Assembly: GCF_000981445.1 (NCBI RefSeq)
Contig: NC_027216.1
Coordinates: 1,426,001-1,490,000 of the forward strand
Direction of reading: 5' to 3'
Origin: Babesia bigemina
Taxonomy: Eukaryota
Length of the DNA stretch: 64,000 nucleotides
A program made the translations under genes and the position numbers. Shown one piece after another: positions 1-11,150 of this stretch. Under the pieces are notes generated by a model. The model was not told the origin of the DNA and did not search any database. It saw only the letters and a list, made by a program, of their open reading frames with translations. Every line of letters begins with the position of its first letter. Position 1 is the first letter of the stretch.

Positions 1-716
1 TTTGGGATATAATCCAAACAAGGTTCACTATTGTGTCTAGCACAAGTACACACAAAGCTCCACCACTTTACTTGCGGAATGCCTTTTGGCCTTTCTCAAT
101 GGTCTACCTCTGAATGTTTCATTCGGACTTTAGGAGTATTCTGCGACTCCATATTAGCTTGGGTCCTGAAAAATATGCAAGAAAGAGATGTGCTTTTGGA
201 AACTATTCTGCGTTCCATTTCTGCTCCAGCGTACTATAAGTGTCTACGCGTGGCTTGGACCTGTTTTCATGCTTGTAGTTAAACTAAGCCTCCCACTCCG
301 GCTGTATTCGTTGGTATAATCGATTGAATACCACGGTGGGACTGTTTTTCTGTATCTCTGGAAAATTATGTGTCGTCGGATATGCCAGCCAACTGCTACG
401 ATGTTCCGGCCACTATCAGCGTCCCAACTGTAATTATCGTGGAACGTTTATAACAATTAATATATGGTGTAATCTATCGAGCGCTAACTACGTAGTTTCT
501 GTTTCTATTACTGTATTACTGGAGGAGATTTCTCCGATATCCTGACATAGCTGACAATGAAGTTTCACTGCCGTGTCTTATCACAAACAAAACGTCGTAA
601 ATTGTTGTGATTTCAAATGTTCACAAAAGATCATTTGATTAGAAACACTTGAAATCTAGTCACATTTATACCGATGATTTGACGCAAAACCGAAAACTGT
701 TTCCAAAGGTAGCACA

Positions 717-3575
717 ATGAAGCACCTGTTGGCACTATGCTCAACAATCCTGCTCTCAGGTGTTATTATTGACGCATTTCATTGCGATTTCTATGAAGAA
801 CATGAGCTTATTAGGGGCGACTCTCTCGTTGTGTGTGAAGTGGATATTGGCCATGATAACTTCGCAACAATTATATGCCCACGTCAAGTCAACAACGCAG
901 ATTACACCATCCATCCTCGATCAAGGCCGGATACAGGCAATCAAATTGAGACGTATGTGAGTGACAATTGGAAATTACGCTCCGTCCCTCTTTCGGATGT
1001 TATAGTTACGGAAGTGCCACACTCATTTGCATGGATGGAAACGACTCTGTCATGTGCTACTCTGTATTTGACGCTAAAGGATTACTACATATCTGCCATT
1101 ACTGAACACCGTTTTACATTCATTTGTGGGCCGAGAGATTTAGTTATGAGTGATGCATTGCAGCGCCACCTTAACAGCCTCGATGGTACCATCCAAACAC
1201 AAGAGCACCCTAATTCTGCAAGCGCTGCATTGGAGGACGAGATTAAGAAAATAGTTAACGGTTTGGGGATAGTGTTTATGTACAGAGGGCACAAGCATTT
1301 ACCGCTGCAAGGGTGTGGTACTCGCCCTTCACCACTCTTCGATCCGGATATGGAGGTAACCGTAGATCGTGTCACTGGCACGCGTTCATGTGTTGCGAAC
1401 CCGATGTCGAAATCACGTATAGGATTTCTTTGCGAAGGACGTATTGAACCCCATGATTGCATGATATCACTCATAGATGAGAATGGCGGCGTTGTGACTG
1501 CGCCTCGACCTTTCCCGTATTGGAGTTTCAATTACAACATGCCTTGGGTTGTAGGAAACTATTTTTACAAGTTTCCATTAGACCCATTTCAAGGCGAATG
1601 TAGGTGCGTAGATCCCCGCACTGGCCAGGTGAAAGCCAAGATAGAGATTCGTTCTAAAATGGATTACGTCTGCGACATCGCTAGCAAAATATTTCGCAAT
1701 CGTTTTCGACCCATTAGTGGTCCTTGGTGTTCGGTCGTACTTCATCCTGGCAGCAAGCTGACCATAAAAGTGCCTATGCAGCCCGTGATCTCGGTATATA
1801 TCGACGAGGGTGTTTCAGGTGTGCCATTTTCTCAACTGCCGTCTATCTATGAATATGAAACTGCATTCCTGCCAAAGGACTTGACCACGCTGAGGCAACT
1901 GATTTCACTGCGTGGTGCCGATATTTACGACGAAGTATTCTATTATCGTGCCCTTGCTGGGGATGCGCTCGAGTTGGATGCATCCCAAATTTCGCGGGGA
2001 GAGGTCACACTGAAGTACCATTCCGACAAACCTCTTGCTTTACGAAGCGGATTGAATTCGTTTTATTACAATTGGACACTGATATCTAATAACGACAACA
2101 TTCCAGATAGGATAAGGGCTACCATCAACGTGTCCTTTGCGTTTAACCACGAGTACACGAAAGTTGGTTGTGATAGAGGGCAAAGACATGTCTTCGATCA
2201 ACAGTTGAGCAGGAAATATTGCACAAACAAAGTCATGAGTAACGACATAGGGAGTATTTATGAATGCGCATTGCATCTTTGGAGAGACGAATGGAGGGCT
2301 GGTATTAACTGCAGTCCTGATGAAGAGTTGTTGCCTAAAAACTGCAACTCTACGGCATACGATCTGAGCTTCGACAGGATTGCTCGATTGCCTGTATACC
2401 TGCGTAGTGCGACTCACCATATTCGAGGATTCCAGGTGTTTGATTTTGAATATAGAAGAGATATCCCTATAAAAGTTGCTTGCATCTGTGTTGACCAACG
2501 TGGGTACGAAAAGTCGAGGCTTGTTCTAGAGTCATACGAAAAAAGAAGGCACAACTTCGAGGTAAGCCGTGGAACGAGGTTTAACAAGATCTTCGCATTC
2601 ATGTCACCGCCCTGGCGTAAGGTTGGAATGTTACTTGAAGAACCCACATCGACAAGATTGGTTGTGCTGCATAACATATCGAAAAAGACCGTTAATCTAC
2701 GCGTGGGTACAAAGTTGGTATTGCGTTGTACTCTTGGTACCGCACTGCAAGACGGTGCAAACGATACAATAACTCCAACTGTTTGGTTACCTGAGATGCA
2801 CAATGAATTCCATTATATTGTAATCCGCACATCACAAGGCAGTACGCTTATTAGGAAAGCGCACAGAGATTCAGTAGCTACTACGTTTGGCGGCCTGGAA
2901 GTCATACACCAAGAGATCGAGAGGGGACGTGCATATGAACAATTGGTGATGAAGTTGAATACTGGTGCCATCGCAATATCCAGAGACCCAGTTCACACGG
3001 AACGCGTGCCGATGAGGTTCGTATGCGGCAAGGCGCCCCTACTGTCGGATTCGTCCGCCGTCTCCGACGTTGCGTCACCCTCAGCATCATCTGCCCGGTC
3101 GACTACTAATATAACAGAATTGGCAGAAAAATACACTTGGAATATTGTTAAAGTCAACGTGGAGACCACTGATCCCTATATGCAAGGTTGCGGTGTTACA
3201 TACGAATCAGATGAGCTGTTCAAGCCTGAGACTCCCCAACTCTACGATGCGGACGGACAGCCTCAGTTTGGTTGCAAGATCGACATTCAAGCTGCCAAGG
3301 AAGCGGCGTTCTACTGCCCGCCACCGTATCTCCTGGACCCACCCAACTGCTTCTACCAAGTCTCCGTGAACGGCGAAGTGAAGAACGTAAGCGACGTCAG
3401 CACGTCGTTGGTCGATGTTCCATCCAGACATTTTGTTATCCTGAGGTTTGACAGTGAGCTCATTGGACCTCGCGAGACACTCCGCGAGACGCCACCATTG
3501 GAATGCCGCTGCGTCACTATCAAGGGGGCCATCCTATCCACCATCCGGATCGAGAACTATTACTCAAAGCGTTGA
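717..3575 (+). CDS. Secreted multi-domain 6-Cys (s48/45)-like protein of an expanded Babesia multigene family
   Basis: 952-aa intronless ORF with N-terminal signal peptide (MKHLLALCSTILLSGVIIDA). Repeated Cys-patterned modules: QGCG...RSCV...GFLCEG...PHDCM...CRCVD; VGCD...YECAL...GINCSP...PKNCN...ACICVD; QGCGV...FGCKID...AFYCPP...PPNCFYQV...LECRCV. This matches the s48/45 GCxF..C..C..PxxCF..C.C pattern. Confidence 0.75.
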   Translation: MKHLLALCSTILLSGVIIDAFHCDFYEEHELIRGDSLVVCEVDIGHDNFATIICPRQVNNADYTIHPRSRPDTGNQIETYVSDNWKLRSVPLSDVIVTEVPHSFAWMETTLSCATLYLTLKDYYISAITEHRFTFICGPRDLVMSDALQRHLNSLDGTIQTQEHPNSASAALEDEIKKIVNGLGIVFMYRGHKHLPLQGCGTRPSPLFDPDMEVTVDRVTGTRSCVANPMSKSRIGFLCEGRIEPHDCMISLIDENGGVVTAPRPFPYWSFNYNMPWVVGNYFYKFPLDPFQGECRCVDPRTGQVKAKIEIRSKMDYVCDIASKIFRNRFRPISGPWCSVVLHPGSKLTIKVPMQPVISVYIDEGVSGVPFSQLPSIYEYETAFLPKDLTTLRQLISLRGADIYDEVFYYRALAGDALELDASQISRGEVTLKYHSDKPLALRSGLNSFYYNWTLISNNDNIPDRIRATINVSFAFNHEYTKVGCDRGQRHVFDQQLSRKYCTNKVMSNDIGSIYECALHLWRDEWRAGINCSPDEELLPKNCNSTAYDLSFDRIARLPVYLRSATHHIRGFQVFDFEYRRDIPIKVACICVDQRGYEKSRLVLESYEKRRHNFEVSRGTRFNKIFAFMSPPWRKVGMLLEEPTSTRLVVLHNISKKTVNLRVGTKLVLRCTLGTALQDGANDTITPTVWLPEMHNEFHYIVIRTSQGSTLIRKAHRDSVATTFGGLEVIHQEIERGRAYEQLVMKLNTGAIAISRDPVHTERVPMRFVCGKAPLLSDSSAVSDVASPSASSARSTTNITELAEKYTWNIVKVNVETTDPYMQGCGVTYESDELFKPETPQLYDADGQPQFGCKIDIQAAKEAAFYCPPPYLLDPPNCFYQVSVNGEVKNVSDVSTSLVDVPSRHFVILRFDSELIGPRETLRETPPLECRCVTIKGAILSTIRIENYYSKR

Positions 3576-5742
3576 TTAGCTCATATACGATGACATATCG
3601 GTTAATTGTACAAAAGTTCGTTTTTATTGTCGATGTTTCTGTCTGTGTTGATATGTATATCACCATGGAAACATGGCTTTAGGTTGGAATGTGGTATCTG
3701 CGCTTGTAGGTCGAACAACGTATTTTATCGTTGTGATTGATCATTATAACTAGTGTAAACGTCTATGGGTCCGATCAATCGTGTGAAATGTAATTACGCC
3801 TGATCATATATTAGATGCTTTTTTTTTACCGCAAGAGCTGTCAAGATGTGATATGTCCATTCGCGTACAATATCAAACGTAAAGAGACTTGCAATGCCCT
3901 TATCACACAAAGATGGATCTTTTATGTCTCCTGTCACTTTATGTCAGCGATCTCAATACTGTGGACAAGGTACTGCATTGTCACGGCTTGCAACGTCAGC
4001 CGAACGATTGCGAGGGGCACGGCAGTAATGTCTTCACTCATCATACGTTTGCACCGCACTACGTCACATACTTTACAAACCTACGACGAGCCTTAGTGAC
4101 ATTCGCCATGTGTTATTTCTTAGGTGTCATCTAACTCAGCCACAGCCTATAGCTTGATTGGTTGCATAAGACGTTTCAATCCAATTGTCGTAGTGAGATG
4201 TTAAACATCAGTAAGTGGGATATAAAAAAAAAATCTAAACTGACAGTTAATCAGCAATACTAGGCAAATCTCAGCTCACTAATAAGGCCAATCTCGTTGC
4301 GGTACGGATGCAAGGCGTTATGTCAGAACACATAGTTTCATGCCAAAAATGAAGCATTGGGAAATGCTTCTTACATATTGGACCATATGAGTTTATGTGG
4401 AAAGAGTTTGTTAGTCAACTGAAGCGATACGTGTTTCACCGATGACAACGCCCATACCACGCAGGGAATGGATAACCTGGACGACAGTCACTACCGTTCA
4501 CCTTTTAAATATTTTACACCAACGTAACCATGACAACCATTATTAAGTTGCACTTAAATAATCGAATGGACATATGACATCTAACCTATGTCCAATCATC
4601 ACATGGATGAGACTGGAGTTGCTAGAGCCGCAAATAAGACTATTTCGTGTGAAGAATTCGGATCTGACCTCTCCTAACGCACATATTTTACGCGCTGAGT
4701 ATGAATACATAACGTTAAAAACACAACGGACTGCACTGGCAAAGTTACCCTCCGTAAAAATGTCATATAACATATACGGATCGGATCTACAGAATCTGTA
4801 GACGTAGCAACGCACTATATCGGATATTGACACTTCTGACGAAATTCAGGACTCTCCCAGGCTGTGTGACACGTTGTCTAAAGGCCACAATGTTCAGGAA
4901 GAAAGATCTACAGGGTAAAGCCGCACCACGAGACCAACACAAGAACAAAAATCCAAACCCTAAATTACAGGCACACAAATACACATAACTTCGCTCGAAC
5001 AGACACGGTAGCCGCAATGACAGTGACGGTTACCTGCACGACTTGAATAAGAATGGTGAAAACAACTACGGAAACGAGCGTTTTGCGCGAAAAGCGAATT
5101 TATATGTCATGAAGTCTCGTAGATAGAAGCCAAAGGTAACTCGAAACATCACAATCGGCAAGATAGCCCTGACACACAAGTCTGCAACGGCAACCACGCA
5201 GAGTAGCAAAGAATAAAATGCGACATCTATTTAGAGCAAACACAATCACGCTAATAGTGAAATACATCAAACGGCGAGTCTGTATTCCTCACGTGACTGC
5301 GGCGTTGACAAAGATCAGGTCACGTGGGAATCCGTAGGCTCTGCGACATGCTACTCGCATCGCGCCGTAACATTCTACATTTTACATGACTTCTAAAATT
5401 TTAGAAAGATCCCCCGGTTCGGGACTTACGATTATTGCCAAAAATTTGGATATGCCAACTACTCGCGTGCTGCGTACTGCATGTCACGTTAATTGTGTGG
5501 AGCTGGCTGCGATACGACATCTTGGTCACCATACCTTTACATCGGACTTTGTTGCATAAACTAAGGCCTTTGGATTTTCCATTAGGCTTGTATGTCTTAG
5601 GTGTCAACAGCAGTTGTGTTGTACGCATCCGCAGTTAAGACGCAGCTGTTTAGATACGCGTGCCGTGTGCGAACAGAGCTGTAAAGATACGAAAATCGTT
5701 GTAACTGTATAGTACAAATCGAATTTAACTGATTCTTACAAG

Positions 5743-6447
5743 ATGATGTACCTTTCTTTGACCAGGGCGCCTCGCGACCTCAAGGAGGCCATTGACTGGT
5801 TGGTGGCTTTGAAGGGAGATGATCCGAAGAACAACTTGAGGGCCATAAGTGACGCAATTTACAACCTTCTCGAAAGCGACACTCTCGGCTTGAAGATGTT
5901 GCCCGCCCTCAAGATAATTAGGCGCATTTCTCAGAGGTTCTTGCAGAAGCAGGAGCTTCAGGATCAGGTGTTTGTAAGGGCATCGGCGAGGAAGATGAAC
6001 AAGTTGGTGGACAAGACCCCCGGTGGAGTCAATGTTCCGAAGAATGTCACCCCTGAAACCATTGCGAACAACGTGACTCATGTTGTTGTTGGTGCCGAGA
6101 TATTCTTGAACGACATCAAGGACCTTGACGAGTACAAGTCTGCTTACAGTTCGGAAGCGACATGGTCTAACTCGTGTTCTACCAAGCCGGAAGCTTGCGC
6201 GGTAATCTTTGTCGGAATTGCGCCAATATTGTTTGCTGGCCTGCGCTACGTGCGTGATGCGTCTTTAGCTGCCAAGCTTCCTATTTCGAAGTACACCGGA
6301 AGGGGTCGTTTGGATGATATAATGAAGTCTCTGGGTTACAAGGACACGCAATACAAGGAAAGGATTACTCGTTCTGACATCCTCACCGCGTTGAGGGCCG
6401 TGGATCACCAAACGATGGCGACGCTTCATGACCTCGCCTCAATTTGA
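5743..6447 (+). CDS. Short variant erythrocyte surface antigen (ves1/VESA1)-like family protein
   Basis: N-terminus SLTRAPRDLKEAIDWLVALKG matches the Babesia ves-family opening motif (SLTxxPxNLKEAIDW). Internal YKSAYSSEATW and CAVIFVGIAP motifs are also typical of the family. Confidence 0.8.
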   Translation: MMYLSLTRAPRDLKEAIDWLVALKGDDPKNNLRAISDAIYNLLESDTLGLKMLPALKIIRRISQRFLQKQELQDQVFVRASARKMNKLVDKTPGGVNVPKNVTPETIANNVTHVVVGAEIFLNDIKDLDEYKSAYSSEATWSNSCSTKPEACAVIFVGIAPILFAGLRYVRDASLAAKLPISKYTGRGRLDDIMKSLGYKDTQYKERITRSDILTALRAVDHQTMATLHDLASI

Positions 6448-7335
6448 GCTTTCTACTGAGTAGGGAGTGCAGGTGTACTGTGTAGGTAGTTCGGTATGAC
6501 ATTCTGAGTCCGGGTTCTTAGTGAGCCTGTGTAAGAATTTAAACGGGACATTTCTAATCAGTGATGGTGTTATACCTAACTTTGTGTATGCATTCTTCAT
6601 CCGCTACGCTGGTGCCGTCATGGGGCAAAACAGAGTTCTGAACTTTGATTTAATTTCGCTCGTTGCGCATTTTGGCTGATAAGTTCTAACTCTTACCCTT
6701 CAATGACCGCGTACCGGACGGACCTTGTTTGTGGGCCCGCAGTTCATAAGTTGCACTATGCACCGCTGTGGACCTTGTCAGTTGTAAGCCATTGGCATCA
6801 TTTTATCCTCGCTTTGCAGCTTCGTTGTTGCACAACTTAAGGGCGTCTTTTGAGAGCATCGCATGCTGACCCCTGCATACTGTCACTTTATGCGATCATG
6901 AAGTTCACGTTTTGGAGCGTACATACTGTTATTATAGCCTCAGGACAGCATCCATGGCGCTGCTCTTAATTTGAATTCATCACGCATATACAGCCTCGAT
7001 GAAACGTTTGCTTTCTATGCCCTGTAGGGAAGCGCTCGGCGACAGCTACTGGCGTCAAGTTTGCATATAACCTGTCGCATAAAGCAGTTCACAAGAACGG
7101 AAATTGCGGCGCCGTCGCTATTCCTGCTCTAGTCATTCTTGTCTTTTGGCATCTATCCTTAAGAATGCGTACGGTTATACTTTTTAGTATATGCAGCCGT
7201 TGTCAACACAATAATGTATTACGTCGAATTGACAATCTTGTCTGTGTATGGATTCCGGAATCGATGTACATTGATCACCGCCCCGCTTTCCCACCAAAAG
7301 AGATTATGTAGCGTCACATATTGTACGCACAATGG

Positions 7336-9162
7336 TCATATCTCAGGAATATCAATTTGAATGTAGTACTGTGCATCTCGATCATCGCCTGGGCTTGTCT
7401 CGGCTCTCTGTAGCAGGCTTTTTGAATGTATTGCTGATATCCCTGCAAATTCTACTTTCTCATGCATGACATAACGTATTCTGTGCCGACACAGATCATA
7501 GGACTGTTTTAATCGGGTAACAATGCCAATGTGATAGGCCCCGCTAACCATGAAAAATGGGCCGCGGCTATTTAGCCACTTACAAGACTGCCCAGATGGA
7601 AACAGGTAGGAAAACTACATTTAGATTTAACACAATTTCGGCAATCGTTTGAAATGACACCACACTGGGTTGTTTGCCTCCATATATTTCCGTTCGAATG
7701 AGATTCCGGTGAGGCTGAACTTGATGAGTGTTTAATGGTCGCACTCACCGTTTTACCTCCTTGTAAAGATCAGCAAAAACGTCCGGTTCGTTGAATAGCA
7801 CTATTCTAGCAACAGCCAAATAGTATTTGACTAATTTTCCTTTTATGAAAAACGCCCATGTACCTGCATACCATGTGTTTCGTGCGGATGACGTTTTACC
7901 GTTTTTGGTAAAAAGGCTTTTGGCTCGGTTGAGTTCGTTGGTGAATACGTCATCCATAACGCGTACGACATCTGCATACTTGTGGTGACGTCAAGGAGTC
8001 CGTACCATCCAATGGCGCCTCTGTGAGAAGGTGGTAGGTCAGCCTTTCCCAGTTCGTCACAAGGTTCGGTTCGGCAATCTGTTGCACGTGTTTTATCCAT
8101 CCTCTAACATACTGTAATTTCAAAGAGCATGGTAAAGCGCTCTTTGAGCGTTAAAGCCTGTTTCCGTTCCATGGCAAGGGCGATGCTCGATTCTCCGAAC
8201 CCCGATGCATAAACATATTTGATAACATCTTCTGCCTAACGCTGATGATATGTGCATAGCCTCTACCGTACGTTGTTTTGGTCTGCGATATGGTAGGCTC
8301 GGTACTTCCTTAGGAAGTCAACTCGGGGGAAAAGCGAAATAAAAGCGTCCACGACACGTGCGATCTTCTCTGGCTGATCCGTATGAGATTCGATGAATAA
8401 TCTAAAGATCGATTCATTCGGCAGTGTTCTAAGTTCCGCACAACTCATGAGGATGTGCTCCAACTCAATTCTGCATGTCGTCTAGGTGTGCAAGCCCAAA
8501 CCTACCTGTAATCAGAGGTGAAATCGACGCCGGAATTGCAGATAGTGTCCGAGTGCTTCACTATCCACTTGTAAAATTGCGCTGCATGATGCTTTTCCAG
8601 GTTCCACTCAGTGCAATTCCTGCAGGGACGCTGTCTAACGCTGCTGGGAAGCGCACCTCTGAATTTGACAGCTCATTTCATACACTCTAGCGTTTTTCGC
8701 TAGCATCCGCGCTCCATGCACCAGTGCCAGTGGTCTCTGTCACGGTATAATTCGTTTGCATGTGATCCTAACCAGGAATGGCGTCGTGGAACCGGCGATT
8801 GATAAGAATTTTAGGAATAACTTCTCTTTATTAAGACTATCGTTATGACTTTCGACTCTCTGAACTGTGCTTTCGCGCTGCAGCAAGCGAACGAAAAGCA
8901 GAAACAGGTCTTCTGCCAGGTAACCTCTCGGGGGTATGCTCCTTAGCAAAATGATTGCGATTTTCAGTGCTTCGCCGTGCGACCATGGCGTGTTTTCCAA
9001 AAGCAAACGTTTAGCAAGATGTATGAGTTTCGCCAGCACGAGAGCTTTGATGCTTCTGTGGCGTGAGACGGAAGGCTTACAGATGCTAGATGTGCCTTTA
9101 TGATTCTGCGTCCTGTTCACATCCGATTCGCACGCGGCGTCTTCTGAACCACACGTCTTCAT
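7336..9162 (-). CDS. Multi-exon hypothetical protein (boundaries approximate)
   Basis: Chain of minus-strand ORF fragments (8740-9168, 8263-8463, 7745-7957, 7843-8100, 7336-7551) separated by short GT-AG-like gaps. No family recognised. Confidence 0.45.
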
Positions 9163-9357
9163 TCGCACAACTTTCAGTTCACATCCCGGTGTTTCGGCAT
9201 CACTTTATGTCTCTAGATTGTGTTTTCCTGCTGCGGTGTCGTGGTTACACATCTGGCAAATCCTACATATTCGGATGCCCCGTACTCTGTACAAGTTCCT
9301 AAACTCTTCCTTTTTACCTCCTAAATTCCTTTAGCCCTGTCTAACGCTATTTTGAGA

Positions 9358-10860
9358 ATGATGTGGTTTGGCAGTCTCTGCACGTTAGCACTTTCGTGCT
9401 GTATTATGACCGTGCGCTGTGCCCTTTATGGCCCGTCCAGCCCCGTTAAACTCTTGGATGCTTCGTCTTTTGACGATGTGTTGCGTACCGACGGTGTTTC
9501 TCTGGTCCAGTTTTACAGCGAACCGTAAGTCCGCTCCCAACCTTCTGCACATTTTGCAGTTGCGCCGCTTGCACTAGCTTCGCCAAGGACTTCGAGGCTG
9601 CCGCTACTGCAACTAAGGACGTTGTTGGAGTCTATGCAGTGAGCGATGCGTCGCTATCTCGGCGCTACAATGTGCGATCGTTTCCCACCCTCAAGGTCTT
9701 CTTAGGAAAAGGTCTTTGTACCATACTGCCAATTGATCATTTCCCAACAGGTTCTGCTGAGCAGCCGATAGCCGAGGACTATACCGGAGCATTGAACGTC
9801 GCTGATGTTGTGACCTTCACCATGAAGCATCTAAACAAGCATGTGAAGGCGAAAGTACCGGCCCCAGCGCGTAGTAAGCTGAGACCTGCGGTCACTCATT
9901 TCCTTTAGGCGAGGTCAAAACACCATCGGGCCGCGTAGTGTCCTTGAACGAGAGCGAATTCAACAGCAAGGTGTTAAATGACAACTATAATCAATGGTAG
10001 GTGGCGGTCCTGATGCTCGCAATCCGTATGATGAAGCAACCTTTGTATGCTTTCGTGAAACATGAGCTACCGCTATTCTGCGAAAGTCTCATACCAACAA
10101 TACGTGGATGGTCACTAACTTGCGCAGGCTGATAATGTTCTTCGCCCCTTGGTGTGGCCACTGCAAGGCACTGGAGCCGGAATGGCGTCGCATGGCTACT
10201 ATCGCAGATCGAGTGACCGTCGGTTCCGTGGACGCCACTGTAAACACGGCGTTGGCGCAGCGCTACGGCGTCAAGGGTTACCCTACAATCGTGCTTCTTC
10301 CGCAGGGTCCTAAGGGCCCCTCCAAGGCGATCCCTTACAACGGCGCGCGCAAAGCTGAGGACATCCTTGCTTTCGCCAAGCGTCACTACCGTAACATGGG
10401 CCCCCCTGTGCATGTGAACAGCTTCGATGATCTGAAACAGCGTTGCAGCGGGCCACTTTGCCTGCTTTTCTTCCTTCCCGAAGAGGGTCTGCAGGGTAAC
10501 ATTGATATCATTTCAAAGGTGATGGAAAATAACTCCACGCTGCCTTTCCAATTCTGCTACACTTTGGGTATGTTTGTCGGACGTCTTTCGCTTATATCGT
10601 CGCAGCGGGCAGTCATCCAGTGTGGGAGCGTGCGTTGGGCGTGTCGTCTTTCCCGTCCTTGCTGGGTCTAAACTTGAGCAAGAACGTGTTCTCCACGATG
10701 CGTAAGGAGAAGTTGACCTTCGTAAGTCACACCTGTGTTCACTAACGACCGTCAGGAAAACGTGAACACTTACGTATCCGAGATCCTGTCTGGACGGGTT
10801 ATCGCTGAACGCCTTGCCCAATCACTGGATAGCGAGGATGTCGTACGAACGGAGTTGTGA
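9358..10860 (+). CDS. Protein disulfide isomerase (PDIA6/P5-type, two thioredoxin domains), multi-exon
   Basis: Signal peptide MMWFGSLCTLALSCC, then ALYGPSSPVKLL. First domain reads FYSEP/CAAC across an intron; second reads FFAPWCGHCK. C-terminus DSEDVVRTEL* is a KDEL-like ER retention signal. Confidence 0.85.
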
Positions 10861-11150
10861 ACCATTTAATCTTATAAGTATTTTGAAACAGTTTTCGAAT
10901 CCACATACAAACCACAACGTGGTGCTTCACCTGCCAGGCTACCCACGAAAGGGCAAGGGAGCGTATTTACCATTTCGCAGCGTAGATGGTACGTGAACCC
11001 GAAGCAGTCAAGTGCAACCGGTCGAAAAGAAGCGACAGCCGAACAAGCCCCCCTAAATTACAACAGCTACTACAATGACGCTAAAAAATGTCTGCACGTG
11101 CGCAGTACGATTAAATGCATGACGGTAGTTTACATTGGGGTAAATTCAAT

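Noticed and set aside
4953..4964. AAACCCTAAA telomere-like motif (a similar one near 35449)
   Set aside because: Single copies with no tandem array; expected by chance.
10021..10110. Perfect C box (ATGATGA, 10028-10034) inside a ~130-nt PDI intron, with weak flanking complementarity
   Set aside because: No CTGA D box downstream within the intron and no recognisable rRNA guide, so there is not enough to call a C/D snoRNA.
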